Origin: Eledone cirrhosa
Lineage: Eukaryota
Length of the DNA stretch: 64,000 bases
Reading direction: 5' to 3'
NCBI GenBank assembly: GCA_964016885.1
Contig: OZ024756.1
Coordinates: 32,674,001-32,738,000 of the forward strand
A program made the translations under genes and the position numbers. Below the pieces are notes generated by a model. The model saw nothing but the letters and a program-made list of their open reading frames with translations, ran no database searches and was not told where the DNA came from. Shown piece after piece: positions 28,281 through 42,959 of this stretch (position 1 is the stretch's first letter; the number at the start of each line of letters is the position of its first letter).

Positions 28281-28694
28281 TTAATTAGCAGAATACAAAA
28301 TGTTGGCCATCACCCAAGTACAAGAATTAGCTGAAGAGTAATCTGTCAGCAATCAATGTACCTGTCGAGATCTTTGAGCCAGCGACTTTATAGAAGAACA
28401 TTGGGAGATCAGTGTGTCATAGTGTGATCAGATCAGGAAGTTGGAATACACTTGCATACATTGCCTACGAAAAGCGTCATCCAACGTACCTGTGCTTAGT
28501 TTATTCGTCTCACAATATCAAGGTTATGACTTCGATAAATCAAAACCGGGCAATTTATTGCGAATTTAAGCACGTCATTTATTTCATAGTGCTCAAGACC
28601 ACTCAGCTGGAAATGTGTTTTCCACCTCTCTTTTAAAGCGTCGGCCTTGTCAAATCTTGATTCTCCCCTCGAATCACTTTAAATTACACGCACG

Positions 28695-29040
28695 TGTCCT
28701 TGTAGTGCTCAGCCTTTAGCACGTTAATTGTAGGAGCAGCTGTTCCCTAGTCCATTAGAAATTGTACATTTGTTGTCGGCTAAACGGAGGTCTAACGCAC
28801 GCACATACAGGTACGTATCTGTGGACCGCTCATCCACACGCACATTAATTTATGAGCAGGATGTTCCATTCATCAAACAACTGGAATAACACATATCGAC
28901 TTGACGGAGGTATAAAAGACACAGGCACGCAGGCAAATATCTGTGGAATAATCAACCAATTTCACAGTAACTTCTTTCGCAGGCAGATTAATCAGTTGAG
29001 TAGACAACTGGTACACTCTTAGTCGAAACTGACGATGATC
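28695..29040 (+). repeat. Three degenerate ~120-bp tandem units (SINE-tail-like)
   Basis: Recurrent GCACGTTAATT..GAGCAG..TGTTCC...AACTGG...GACGGAG; a related reverse copy lies at ~40088-40140. Confidence 0.6.
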
Positions 29041-29858
29041 CAACTCCCGCTCTCAATTATTGTAAGGCAAAGTTCATCAAACGATTTGACAGAGAATGTC
29101 TGCCTGGAAAATGCTAGGCTACGACATTAATGTAAATCACAATTTCAGAGAGATTAGTAAAAACGAAATGCCAGCACAACCAACTGTTGTTTTTCAGATC
29201 TTTCAGATACATTAACAAATATATTCAAACGATATAATTATCATGCTATCCAGGTTTGTGAGCAAAGCATGCAACAACTATTTCTAACAGAGAGGAGGAA
29301 GAGGAGAAAATTATGGAATATAGGATTGGTAAGTGGAGTGGAGAGTAATGCAGTACCATTTCACATTTGACTAGTTTTCGTTTAATTAAACTTTAAATAC
29401 GTGTTATTCCCGAATTGCTAAATTCTACGTGTGCATGTGTATGTTTATGAATATTTATAAATACATATACACATGCACGCGAGCACACACACATTCCCGC
29501 GCACATAAATATATATATATTTATATATATATATATATTGCACTCTAATTGCGTTTGATGTGTTTATACGTTTGAATGTTTGTTGGTAGGTGTCTGCGTT
29601 TACTGCGTGTTTCCTGAAAATTACTGGCATCTGCAATTTAGTCAATTCGTTTAAAACTTTTTCACGCTTGATTGATTGGTGCGTCTATTAATATACGTAC
29701 ACACACACACACACACGCCCAGACTCACATGCATAACACACACACACACGCACGCACACACACACACACACGCAGACACACACACACGCACCCACACACA
29801 CACACACGCACATACACACACGCACACACACACACACACGCACACACACACACACACA

Positions 29859-29972
<114 letters not shown>

Positions 29973-30490
29973 GTTAAAGGTGAATTGCGGAGTATAGCAG
30001 TATCAATGCATTCACATTAACTGCTAGAGTGATATCATTAGCTGGTTTAATCCGCCGTTTCGTTGAGCATCAGTAATCAAACGAAGCACCAGTTTATCGC
30101 ACGACCAATCATCATATTCCAAATACCAAATAGTCAAACTAGGGGAAATACACACTGAGTGAGTTTGATCTATTTCAAAGTAATATCTTGGTTTCACTTC
30201 CAATTAAAAATGATATTTCTCGGTTTTTTTTTGTGACTTTTATTTCAATGTCTGTTATTTATTGCCACGGAAGAACTCCATTTTGTTGCTTCATGATGAC
30301 TGAATAAATGGGAGACGAGGATTCATTGGAGGAGAGATGAAAGGGAGTGAATGAATGTAGGAGTTGGGGAAAACGATGGAATAAATAGTGTGTGTTTGTG
30401 AGAGATTAAAGTGTGTTTGTGCATGTTTGATTTTGTATGCGTATGTATGTGTCTATGTCTCAGGGCATATGTACATTAGTGTGGGAATGT

Positions 30491-30579
<89 letters not shown>

Positions 30580-30985
30580 TCTGCGAGGCTGGTGAGTGTC
30601 GGTAATGTCATATCACACAATATGCTAAATGGATTTTTAATTTCATGTATTGAAGATTATTTATGTGTGTATATAGTATATCATGTATGGAGACTATGTT
30701 TGTTTTTATCCATCTAGTGTAATTGAACGAAATCTCGATGTTTCTTAATTACACATCCATGGTTGTGTGATTCGTAAGATGGAGAAATGGGTCACAGTGT
30801 TTCAACCCTGTTGGTAACGTCTGGATCGACATTTATTTCAGATTTGTGTAATCTAGAGATAAACTAGAACAAAAGTCTGTTTGAGACAACAAGTGAAGCT
30901 CAAACCACTAAACATTTCTTTCAGATCGCATAGATGCATTTGTGAGGACGCGTGGTTAAATCGTTAGATAAATTATTTCACGTCT

Positions 30986-31725
30986 AATATTGGTTTCTTA
31001 TATACGCACACGGCCATCAATTTTGGGGGAGTGGGAAGTCGATTAAATCGATCCCAGTGCGTGACTGGTACTTTATTTTATTGACCCCGTAAGAATGAAA
31101 GGCAAAGTTAACCTCGGCGGGATTTGAACTCAGAAGATAATTGTTTCTACGTTTGGCACAAGGCCAGCAATTACCCAGTGCATTACTGGTACTTTATTTT
31201 ATCGACCTCGTAAGGATGAAAGGCAAAGTTAACCTCAGCGGGATTTGAACTCAGGATGGCAAGAGCCGTAACTCTATACGCCAAAGCATGGCGTTCGACG
31301 CTCTACCGATACTGCCAATAATAATTTTTTTTTTATATAGGCACAAGGCCTGCAAGATGGGGGGGGGGGGGGGGGAGTCGATTAGATCGACCCCAGTGCG
31401 TGACTGGTACTTTATTTTATCGACCGCGTAAGGATGAAAGGCAAAGTTAACCTCGGCGGCATTTGAACTCAGAATGGCAAGGGCCGTAACTCTATACGTC
31501 AAAGCATGGCGTCCGAGCCTCTATCGATACTCCCAATAATAATTGTTTCTACTTTAGGCACAAGGCCAGCAATTACCCAGTGCCTTACTGGTACTTTATT
31601 TTATCGACCCCGTAAGGATGAAAGGCAAAGTCAACCTCGGCGGGATTTGAACTCAGATCGTAAAGGGACGTAACTATGCTGGAAAGCATGGCGGCCGACC
31701 CTCTACCGATACTGCCAATCCACCC
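30986..31725 (-). mobile_element. Head-to-tail array of four SINE family A copies
   Basis: Units ~30986-31135, 31137-31318, 31319-31536 and 31537-31725, each with GGTACTTTATTTTAT(C/T)GACC..GTAAG(G/A)ATGAAAGGCAAAGT. Confidence 0.9.
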
Positions 31726-32182
31726 AATAATAATATTTGCTAATTATTATTAACAATAAAAATAATGCTGATAAAACCAATAATGTAATATGATTAATAA
31801 TACGACTTGCGCTCAAGTTTCTTATAATCGGGTATTGAGAAAAATGGTATTTTGCTTTTCTTATAAAAATAATTGTTATGGTGGTATGGTAATTTGTGTC
31901 GAACCAATGAAGTATAGAATAATACCGCAGAGACATAGTAAACATGGCGGATATATTAATTGGAATTTCTGACGACGTCGCTCGGAAATAACTTATTATA
32001 CTAAAATGGACAATTAGAAAGAAAGAGAGCAATATAGGAATATTGAGCTCATTCTTTTGTTATTATTTTCCTCCTTTGCAACGTATTATTACTTGTTTGT
32101 AACCTATTATTATTTGTTTCTATATTGGGAGTATATATACGTACATACACACACACCCACATATCTTTCTCTCTCACACTGT

Positions 32183-32233
<51 letters not shown>

Positions 32234-32345
32234 TGTGTGTGTGTCTTTGGAATTAGTTTACTAATTAACCAATGCTTGTAGTTTTATAACTGGTTCTTGA
32301 TACATAGTTGTAATTTATTTCGTATACCGTACTACACCAGTATGC

Positions 32346-32431
<86 letters not shown>

Positions 32432-33155
32432 CTAAGTCATCACCACATCTCTCTGGAAAGTAGACTGAAACGGTGTTTGCCTGTATTGCGTGCATATTCT
32501 CATAATGTTTGACTATTTTATCTAAACGTGAATATGAAAATTATCCCTACTTGTCCAGAGGTAAATATATACATATCCAATGCTGATACTTATTAATATA
32601 CGTTTAATAAATACCATAACGTGGAATATATTTCAAAACTTAATATATTTTCGTCCCTAAGCATCTGACATCAATAAGAAATAATTGTTAACATTCTGAC
32701 CTCAATCAACTAATCCTTACGAAACGCAAACATAATTAACTGCAACATTAATTAATATATATTAAGGGTTTTAGTATGGCGCCAATATATATGGCCAGGG
32801 GAATGTTAGTCTAATGAAAAGCCTGCGTTTTATTTTATTAACTTTCATATTAATGATGTTGTAACTAATGATGAGGTTGACCGAGCATGGTCAAATTGTC
32901 AAGATGTTTGCTGCACAATATTGATATAGGAGGTAAAAGGATGCAGCCCACTATCTTAAGCAAGTGACGTTTTCCCTAGCTTCAGATACAGACTTCATGG
33001 AAACTGTTTCGAAACTCGTCGGATTGAATGTTCTAGGAATCCTTAGCCTACTTAAATGATAATTACACTAGTAAGGTTCTTTTGTTAATGAAACCACTGC
33101 AGTACTCATCGTGGTAAGCACTGGAGGGGCATCCCTCCCATTATTAATGATTAGA

Positions 33156-33342
33156 GAGTGGTCGATTGGCAGTATCGGTAGAGGATCGGACACCATGCTT
33201 TGACGCTTAGAGTTACGGTCCTTGCCATTTTGAATTCAAATACCTCCGAGGTTAACTTTTCCTTTCATCCTTACGGGGTCGATAAAATAAAGTACCAGTA
33301 ATGCACTGGGTAATTGTTGACCTTGTGCCAACAGTAGAAACA
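33156..33342 (+). mobile_element. SINE family A with probable 13-bp TSD
   Basis: ATTAATGATTAGA (33143-33155) / ATTATTGATTAGA (33343-33355). Confidence 0.85.
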
Positions 33343-33527
33343 ATTATTGATTAGATCCAGTCATCACTAGTCCAGCTGATTTATGACTAAACATAGCCCT
33401 GAGGCATAATTTATAGTATGTTGTTACAGCTCACACCTATACAGGTTTAGCAGGCCTCCTGCAAGGTATTTCTCGTTGGATGTGTCTTGAGTGATTTAAT
33501 GATAGAGACCCCAGTCCTATCATCTCA

Positions 33528-33635
33528 TTTCTACAGCTGGATAAACTGTAGCAACGTGAAATAAAGTGTCTTGCTCAAGGAAACAGCACATCACTCGGTC
33601 CCGGGAATTGAACTCACAACCTTTCGATCGCAACT
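33528..33635 (-). mobile_element. SINE family B fragment
   Basis: GCAACGTGAAATAAAGTGTCTTGCTCAAGGA...GGGAATTGAACTC. Confidence 0.75.
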
Positions 33636-34387
33636 GATAATATGGTACATTATGAAATATATATTTTTTCATAGGATGCTAGATTTGCTACACATGACTT
33701 CAGTTTCCACCATATCATGTCACGCATCAGATTCCCCTCCATTGGTACATCAGCGGTGCTGCAAACATCTATAGGCTATATATACTTGAGTATTTTTGCT
33801 ACTTCGTTTCATTAATCATCCTCACTTCCATCAGTATGATACCCTACACAACCTGAACTTGGTCAGAAGTTGTAAAAAAGGAGGCGTTCGGAAGAAAATT
33901 ATTTTGGATAGTCATTTTATTGAAAAAAAAACATACAACAAAAAAAAATATATGAAAGGCAAATCGTAATTTCTTTCTCCTGGATATGAAAAAAACATTT
34001 AATTAGTTTCGTATATTTCATTAAAATGTTTCACGTGGTATATGTTTTATATATTTCTAAAACTCTATACATTTTATATATGTCGAAAAAACCCCCCAAA
34101 ACCTCATCAAAGCGTTTGACATCAATATGTAGAATAATTGATAACATACTCTTGAATATTTCATATAATTAATTTTCTAAATATGTCTACACTTCGTTTC
34201 GTCTAATAATATTCAGACATTTTCCTCATGGTGAGTTTTGCCTAGAACAGGAAGTCAGCCGCTGGGTTAGCTAAGGATGTGATACAAATTTGGCTTCCCG
34301 TTTGAAGATGTTATATCTTATTAAATACCTTTGAATCTGTTCAGCACAAGCTAATTTCTTTCTCTTGCAACAAATTATATATATATG

Positions 34388-34490
<103 letters not shown>

Positions 34491-34543
34491 TATATATGGC
34501 GTGCTTTCTGTATCCAATCAAATGTATTTATATATAAATTGAA

Positions 34544-34726
34544 ATAATTGTTTCTACTTTTGGCACAAGGCGAGCAATTATTCCAGTACATTACTGGTAC
34601 TTTATTTTATCGACCCCGTAATGATGAAAGGCAAAGTCAAACTTGGCAGGATTTGAACGCAGATCAGAAAGGGGCGTAACTCTGTGCTACAAAGCATGTT
34701 GTCCGACTCTCTACCGATACTGCCAA
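34544..34726 (-). mobile_element. SINE family A
   Basis: Reverse-complement copy. Confidence 0.85.
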
Positions 34727-35581
34727 ACGTTAATAAGGCGCCATGTCAGAGATGATTATAGAAGCTAAATAAGAGAAATATTATGACACAATGGAAAACA
34801 TATAACGAACTACAGATGCATATGAGGGTTATCAGCCTACTAAAAATAGAAAGGGAATGTCCCTTACATCACAAAGAATCATCATGAACATAACAGATGG
34901 TCTCAGAAAATAATATAGTCCAAGATACATTGTACTAATCTTTGAATCAATCAGACAAAGCCTTGATGATTTTAATGCCTTTGTACATAGGATTGCTGGC
35001 TCATGACTGACATATGGCTTAACACATTCAACTATAAAGACAGCATTACCAAAAATAGGACATCATCAATGACAAAAGCGTCAACAACATCGAGGGCATC
35101 AACTTCGAAAACGTCAACGATTACAACTTGAACAAGAGCAACAACATAAGCAACATAAGCTACAACAGCAATAATAACATTAGCAATAGCAACAACGCCA
35201 ACGACAATAACATCAACTCCACTGAAGAAAGAGCTACAACAGAAGCAACAGCAATGAAAACGACATTATATTTCATATTACCTCTGTTACGGTGTCTCTG
35301 ACGTTTGAACCTCAGTAGCGAAATATCTGCCAATAATATTAGTTAATACACTGATAGATACATTCCTTGGCTAAGTTCAGGGGAATAAAAAGAATACAAA
35401 ATAAAACGAAAGAAAAAATTTGGCTGGAATTTACAAACAAAATTAAAATAAAAACTATACTGGTTTCGGTCACGTCGATAGGGAAATCGTTTTTTTTTCC
35501 AACTGCCAGAATAAATGGACAACTTTACAGAAGGGAGATGTCCATCATTTCAAACAGAGTGCTTCTGGTGGCAAATAAAAA

Positions 35582-35654
<73 letters not shown>

Positions 35655-35745
35655 CACAGAGGCACATACACATACATGCAGGTAACTTAAGTGCAGGTCA
35701 GAGAAAGTGAGAGAGAAATGAATATATATGTACAGATAGAGAAAG

Positions 35746-35852
<107 letters not shown>

Positions 35853-35858
35853 GTGTAT

Positions 35859-35896
<38 letters not shown>

Positions 35897-36315
35897 CACA
35901 CACACACACATGTATATATATATATATATATACATACACAGTCTGGTGGAGTGTATGTGTGAGTTTGTTGTGACTTCAAGGATTTCAGACCATTGCCAAG
36001 TTTAAAGAGCAAAAAGTAAAAAAGTTTAGATGTTATTGATTTATCTAAATGTTATCGATACATTGGCAATATAAATCAGAACTGAAACTTCTCTACTTTC
36101 GAACTGAAAGAAGACATATAGACGTATAGAGTCATGGGAAAAACAATTTAGATATTTTGTGTCTCCGGCTGTCTGAGTTGAAGTTGAATTTATTGTGAGG
36201 CCTGGCGGGAGTATTTAATCAAGCGATCTCAACGTAGTTGGTTCAATCCCTCGACTAGTTGGTGCCGGTTCATTATTTATTCACGCCTAAAAGATGTAAA
36301 CAAAGTTAAACTTAA

Positions 36316-36492
36316 CCCTTTAACGTTTACATTACTCTATACTTACTATTGTATTTTCGTGGGAAAGGCTTTATCTCACGTAATTATCTCACATTATATC
36401 GAATCTATAAGTTCTTGATATTATTTATTTTGACAATAATAACTTATCATCAATATAAGCAGCCAGTTTCAGCCGGTTTGAATGTTAAAGAG
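36316..36492. mobile_element. piggyBac-like MITE inserted into an old SINE A
   Basis: TTAA on both sides (36312-36315, 36493-36496); TIRs CCCTTTAACGTT / AATGTTAAAGAG; the SINE motif AAAGTTAAAC...GGGATTTGAACT resumes across it. Confidence 0.65.
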
Positions 36493-37025
36493 TTAAAGGG
36501 ATTTGAACTTAGAATTCAGAGAAAGAAAACGGATATCGAGGCATCTATCTGCAGACTAACGTTAAACTAGCGTAAATAACTTTCAACCAGTAAATAGAAA
36601 TATTGCGTAAGACTAACTGGACATGCTACTTTTCAATCTAAGTCAAATCAAAATAGCAATACTATAACTTTAACGGTGTCAGCATTTTGGAAGTATGTTC
36701 TGCTTGGTAATGGTTTATTGATTAGTGTCTGTGATATGTCTAAATTTAGATATATGCCATATCGATCTCAACATCTTGCTTAAACCTGCAAATATCATGG
36801 CCATGGCAATTAACTACTCCCTAAATGATGCAAGCTACGAGATCAAATAGAGATTCTTAAGAATATGGCGAGGAAGAGGTTGTTCTACTTGTCAGAAGAT
36901 TCCTTCTTCCCGGTGCTTAGTACCATCTCGAAATAAAACTCACACCCATATTCACCTACACACGTTCACATACGAATAGACATGTCTATACTAGCACATT
37001 TACACACACTACACACACACACATA

Positions 37026-37027
<2 letters not shown>

Positions 37028-37056
<29 letters not shown>

Positions 37057-37197
37057 TGTATGTATGTATGTATGTATGTATGTATGTATGTATTATGTAT
37101 GCATTTATACATGTGTGTGTGTATATGTGTGTGTATGTTTATATATATATATATATATGTGTGTGTATATATATATATATATGCGTGTGTATATATA

Positions 37198-37230
<33 letters not shown>

Positions 37231-37265
37231 GTGAGTATATATATATATATGTGTATATATATATA

Positions 37266-37310
<45 letters not shown>

Positions 37311-37383
37311 ATATATATATGTGTGTGGATATATATATATATATGTGTATATATATATATATATGTATATGTATATATATGTG

Positions 37384-37478
<95 letters not shown>

Positions 37479-37653
37479 ATATATATATATATGTGTATAT
37501 ATATATATATATGTGTATATATATATATATATATCTATGTATATATATATGTGTGTGTGTGTGTGTATATATGTATGTGTGTGTATATATATATATATGT
37601 GTATGTGTGTATATATATATATGAGTATGTATATATATATATGTGTGTCTGTT

Positions 37654-37728
<75 letters not shown>

Positions 37729-37753
37729 GCGTATATATATATGTGTGTCTGTG

Positions 37754-37791
<38 letters not shown>

Positions 37792-37892
37792 CGTGTGTAT
37801 ATTTATATATATATTATATATATGTGTGTGTTTGTATATATATACATATATATACACACACACACACTAATTATATATATATACAGACACAC

Positions 37893-37925
<33 letters not shown>
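37028..37925. repeat. (TATG)n/(TA)n/(TG)n compound microsatellite
   Basis: Direct reading. Confidence 0.95.
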
Positions 37926-37928
<3 letters not shown>

Positions 37929-38517
37929 GTGTCTGTATAGAGAGAATGAGAGAGAATATGTTGGTCATATCTTTACATTATATAAATGTATTATAACTTA
38001 TAAGGTATATCAAAGGATACTTGTTCAAAAGCATGGCATTTATTGTGTTTCTCTGTATGTATGTGTATATGTTTGTTGATTTATACGAGAGGTACATAAC
38101 TGAAATTGGAAATAATGCCGCTCTTGTTTTGCGGATGGCATTTGAATATGTTCGTCAGACTGAGATGCATACATGAATGGTCGCCAGGGAGGAATTAGGA
38201 TGCGAATATATACGTGAATTGCCGAAATATCCTTATCGTAAGAAAAATAAACATTTATAGTACAAAATAAACTGAGATAAATGTATATATATACAAATGT
38301 GTTTAAATATGTCTATGTAAACGCGTGCTTATTTCTATGCATGTATATATATATATATATATATATATAAAGTAGAGTCAAAGTCTATATACAAACTGTA
38401 TATATTCAAACTGTATTGGCATATTAGGCATGTTTTGGAATACGAGACTGACCACGTAACAGCATATTGAGTGATTTAAACGATGCATCACTTGTAACTG
38501 TATTTTCACACGTATGA

Positions 38518-38582
<65 letters not shown>

Positions 38583-38587
<5 letters not shown>

Positions 38588-38776
38588 ATCGAGTAGGACC
38601 CCGACGGCTGAGCTGAAGCTGTTTCGACGGCTAATTCTGAGTCCAGAATTAGCCGTCGAAACGGCTTGAGCTCAGCCGTCGGGGTCCTACTCGTTCCTAT
38701 TACCCACTCTACTACCCTAAGTATGGAGTACTTTGGTGCGTTATGGTCCACCTGGTTCCTTACCACATTTCCTTCG

Positions 38777-38780
<4 letters not shown>
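38583..38780 (+). mobile_element. PLE-like pLTR fragment (family 2), 57-bp hairpin plus tail
   Basis: 38583-38639 is inverted against 38644-38700 (3 mismatches, loop AGTC); HHR half GAAACGGCT-TGAGCTC-AGCCGTC/ at 38658-38680; (TA)n on both sides. Confidence 0.75.
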
Positions 38781-38816
<36 letters not shown>

Positions 38817-38858
38817 TTTATATATATATATATACATATACATTTTATATATATATAT

Positions 38859-38935
<77 letters not shown>

Positions 38936-38991
38936 TTTATATATATAGATATATATATATATATATATATACATTTTATATATATATACAT

Positions 38992-39023
<32 letters not shown>

Positions 39024-39407
39024 CATTTTTTTATATATATATATATACATTTTATATATATATATATACATTTTTTATATATATATATATACATTTTATA
39101 TATATATATACATTTTATATATATATACATTTTATATATATACATTTTATATATATATATATACATTTTATATATATATATATATATATATTTTTATATA
39201 TATATATATTTTAATTATTTATTTGTTATTAATTGAATTATTATTTTATTAATTGAAGTCTAGTAAGATCACAGTTCGGTTTTCATACTTTGATGAATGT
39301 AGTTACTATATTTCGTGCATGTGAACAATAAGTTTAAATTTAAGCCAACAAAACATTTTAATTTTGTCCGTTGGGTTTTCAAGTATTAAATGCTGTATAT
39401 ATGATCA

Positions 39408-39540
39408 GGCTTATGGCTGCGTGGTTACAGAATTGAATTCGCAATCGTAAGGTTGTGAGTTCGATTCCTGGACCAGGCGATGCGTTATGTCCTTGAGCAA
39501 GACACTTTATTTCACGTTGCTCCTTCTACCTGGAGTTGCG
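39408..39540 (+). mobile_element. SINE family B 5' part
   Basis: GAGTTCGATTCC B-box followed by GTCCTTGAGCAAGACACTTTATTTCACGTTGCTCC. Confidence 0.8.
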
Positions 39541-39647
39541 ACCGATAGATAATATTAGCAATTGGAAAGACGAACGGAAACATTGTTCCCTCGGTCCGAC
39601 TTGACGAAAGTCGATCGTTCCTTTATATATGATCAAAGCTCCGAGGA

Positions 39648-39890
39648 TATGGGCATGTTTACAAAATGTCTCAAGAAAGATTCAAGAGATTTTACAGGCA
39701 AAACTCCGATCAAGATGGTTGGATAACAAGATAATTGGATAAAAAGAAAATAAATGCAAAATGGCAGGGCTAGCTCGGGATCCAGCTGGATCAGTTGCAG
39801 ATGGTTCCTTCTGACAGGGGTTGCGGGAAAGACTGTTTGGGGAGTCTGCCCGGACGACCCTGTCATAGATAAGGGGCCGAATATGAAGCA
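39648..39890 (+). mobile_element. RTE-like LINE 3' end, same family as 27990-28280
   Basis: GHVYKMSQERF..ILQAKLRSRWLDN (one frameshift); shares GATCAGTTG(G/C)AGA(C/T)GGTT(G/C)CTTCT with 28177-28200. Confidence 0.65.
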
Positions 39891-39900
39891 GGTATATATG

Positions 39901-39966
<66 letters not shown>

Positions 39967-41215
39967 ATATATAAGAATATCCATATATACATTCATACAT
40001 TCGAGTTCTTGTTTCGTGTGATTGGTTGCTGCATTGGACCTTTGTCGATTGTCTCAGGACGATTGAGGAAGATGTCTGAGTGTTCTCGAACAACGGTACT
40101 CCCTATCCATGAAATTAACGTGCAATTGTTTGAGCCTACCCCGCACAGATCCAGAATGACACAGCACTTAAGAATCTTTAAATAAAAAGATTTACTCAAA
40201 GTGGTAACGTGCCGGTTGATCCAGGGATCTTTCGCATAACTTTGTCACTGTCAGCAGAAAATTGTAAGAACTATGCAAAACATCTTTATCCTATGAAATA
40301 TACCAGTTGCTAAGATATATAAATATTTAATTGGATAATAAACATATCACAAATGTGGTACTGAATTCGTACGTCATTCATCGTACATAGCAACTATTTA
40401 TCAGATAGATGTCCTACAGACATTACCACATGTGTGGAAATTATTGAACACGCTACTCCTTGAAAAATGTTTGAGCCGAAATTAGTTATGTATCACAGAT
40501 TTACTCTGCCTTCGGATGATATTACGTATCAATGGAACGCTTACAGTGTAAGCAAGACCTATATTTTTCAACCCAATGTCACATACGCATTGTATTAAAC
40601 AATTAATGTATTATTTTCATAAACCCTATTTACGTCTGTTTGGTATTAACATCTCGGAAATCAGAGTGGGCAGAGATGCAGATAATGACGCAAGGGACTC
40701 TACCCAAAGTGTTAACTGCTCTGGCAATTCGTCAGTTAATATTCCATTGTTAGCACTAATATCTATATTCTGTGAGAGCACTAAAATTGTTTAAGTATAG
40801 TTGTTGTTTGTATAACCTCATAATTTTAGAATACAAAGCTACAGACCCTGACGCATTCACGCATGCATATCAGAGGCATCTAGATACGCATATAGAGATG
40901 CACATAGTGAAGCATACACAGACACACAGGTTGGCACATAAAAACACACTTACAATCCCACACACACACACAGACATACGGACACACATACATCCACAGA
41001 TGCACAGACATCCACACACACACACACACATCCACACACACAGACACACACACAGACACACACACACACACAGACATACTTACAGACATACACATACAGG
41101 CACACTCACAGACGCTTACACAGACAAACGCGTACACATTCACACTGCCACAGACTCACTGACACACACAACACACCCACCTTGTCACACAGATGTACTG
41201 GCACATAGACTTAAA

Positions 41216-41627
41216 AATTCCGTTATAACGAACACCATTATAACGACATGTTTCTGTATAACGAATTTTTGTGAATCCTCGACGTAATAACAAACGAAGG
41301 CTCAATTTGTTTCGGTCGATCTCATTATAAAGAATTTTTCGTTACAACGAATTTTTTTAATACTTCATTATAACTGTATTATGTTGTCGCAAATGATAGG
41401 TCATTTGCGACAACATAATGCAGTTATAACGAAATTCACGGAGCATAAAATATTATAACGAATACCATTAAAAAGAAATGTTTCTGTATATAGAATATTT
41501 TTTCATTCTTCTAGGTAATAACAAACAAACGCTCGATTTGTTTCGGTCGATCTCGTTATAAAGAATTTTTCGTTACAAAGAAATTTTTTTTACTCGTGAA
41601 TTTCGTTATAACTGTATTATGTTGTCG
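41216..41627. mobile_element. pogo/Tigger-like MITE dimer
   Basis: 33-bp TIR at 41408-41440 versus 41595-41627 (1 mismatch); internal direct copy at 41220-41395; repeated TTATAACGA motifs. Confidence 0.65.
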
Positions 41628-41894
41628 ATACTTGAGTTACACTTGACTCAAAACTTGATCCACCCTTGACATCACCGCTTTTCAAACAGTGTTTTCTCTT
41701 ATCGTATCTCAATCTCACTTACACTATTACTCTGTTTTAATTTTTAGACCAATTTAACTTTAATGTAATCATATACAAACCTATCTATCTTTATAAATAA
41801 ATACACTCATAAATGCATACTTTCATAAATACATAGACATACACAGATATTTAAATTCGAGTATAGATATTTAGATATGATGTTCCACACACAC

Positions 41895-42420
41895 ACTCCT
41901 ATATATCTATATATGCACAAATACATACATACGTAGGGACATACATACATAGATACATACACTCATTCACATCTCGACACACCTTAAAACACACACATAC
42001 ACATCTATATATGCACAAATAAATACATACATAGGGACACACATACATAGATACATACACTCATTCACATCTCGACACACCTTAAAACACACACATACAC
42101 ATCTATATATGCACAAATAAATACATACATAGGGACACACACATAGATACATACACTCATTCACATCTCGACACACCTTAAAACGCACACACACACACAC
42201 ATACACACACCTATATACGCACAAATACATACATACATACATACATACATACACTCATTCACATCTCGACACACCTTAAAAAACACACACACACACACAC
42301 ATACACACACACACCTATATACGCACAAATACATACATACATACATACACTCATTCACATCTCTACACACCTTAAAGCACATGCACACACACATACAACA
42401 CACACGCCTATATACACACA
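41895..42420 (+). repeat. ~97-bp minisatellite, ~5 units
   Basis: CATTCACATCTCGACACACCTTAAAA recurs at ~41963, 42062, 42158, 42256 and 42352. Confidence 0.9.
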
Positions 42421-42813
42421 CGCATACACCTCCACCACCCCCTTCACTGCGAACAGACATTATTTTGCCGGAACCAAAATCTAATCAAAGACAACATTTC
42501 AAAGTTAATGGCATGAAACAGATTCTAGCACTGAGTAACTCTTTACCAAGTAGACTAAGGCAACGACACTGCTATCATTTCTCCCATTATTATTATTGCT
42601 ATTATTATTATTATTATTATTATTATTGTTGTTGTTGTTGTTGTTGTTATTTATTTAATATTGATCTTACTGACAATCGATTTTTAGCGATGATATGAGT
42701 GATATCCACGTCATTGTTTAAATTGTTTGCTGATCAAAATGACAAGTAACGTTTTTTTTTATTATTATTATTCATCTACTATTTGATTTTTTTAAAGGTG
42801 TGTATGTATGTGC

Positions 42814-42869
<56 letters not shown>

Positions 42870-42959
42870 GTGTGTGTGTGAGGGTGTGTGTGACTGTGTG
42901 TGTGTCTGAACATTATGTAAATGACCATTCGACGTGCACTGTTTATTTGTCATCTATAT

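Noticed and set aside
31963-32007. CTGACGA-CG..CG-GAAATAA..TTATA HHR candidate
   Set aside because: Stem I does not pair next to the cleavage site; at best a decayed copy
34740-35060. Possible LINE RT remnant (TYGLTHSTIKT); similar weak case at 55170-55330
   Set aside because: Similarity too weak to support without a search
41895-42420. CRISPR-like repeat/spacer pattern (also 25111-25220)
   Set aside because: Spacers are homologous to each other, the context is eukaryotic and there are no cas genes
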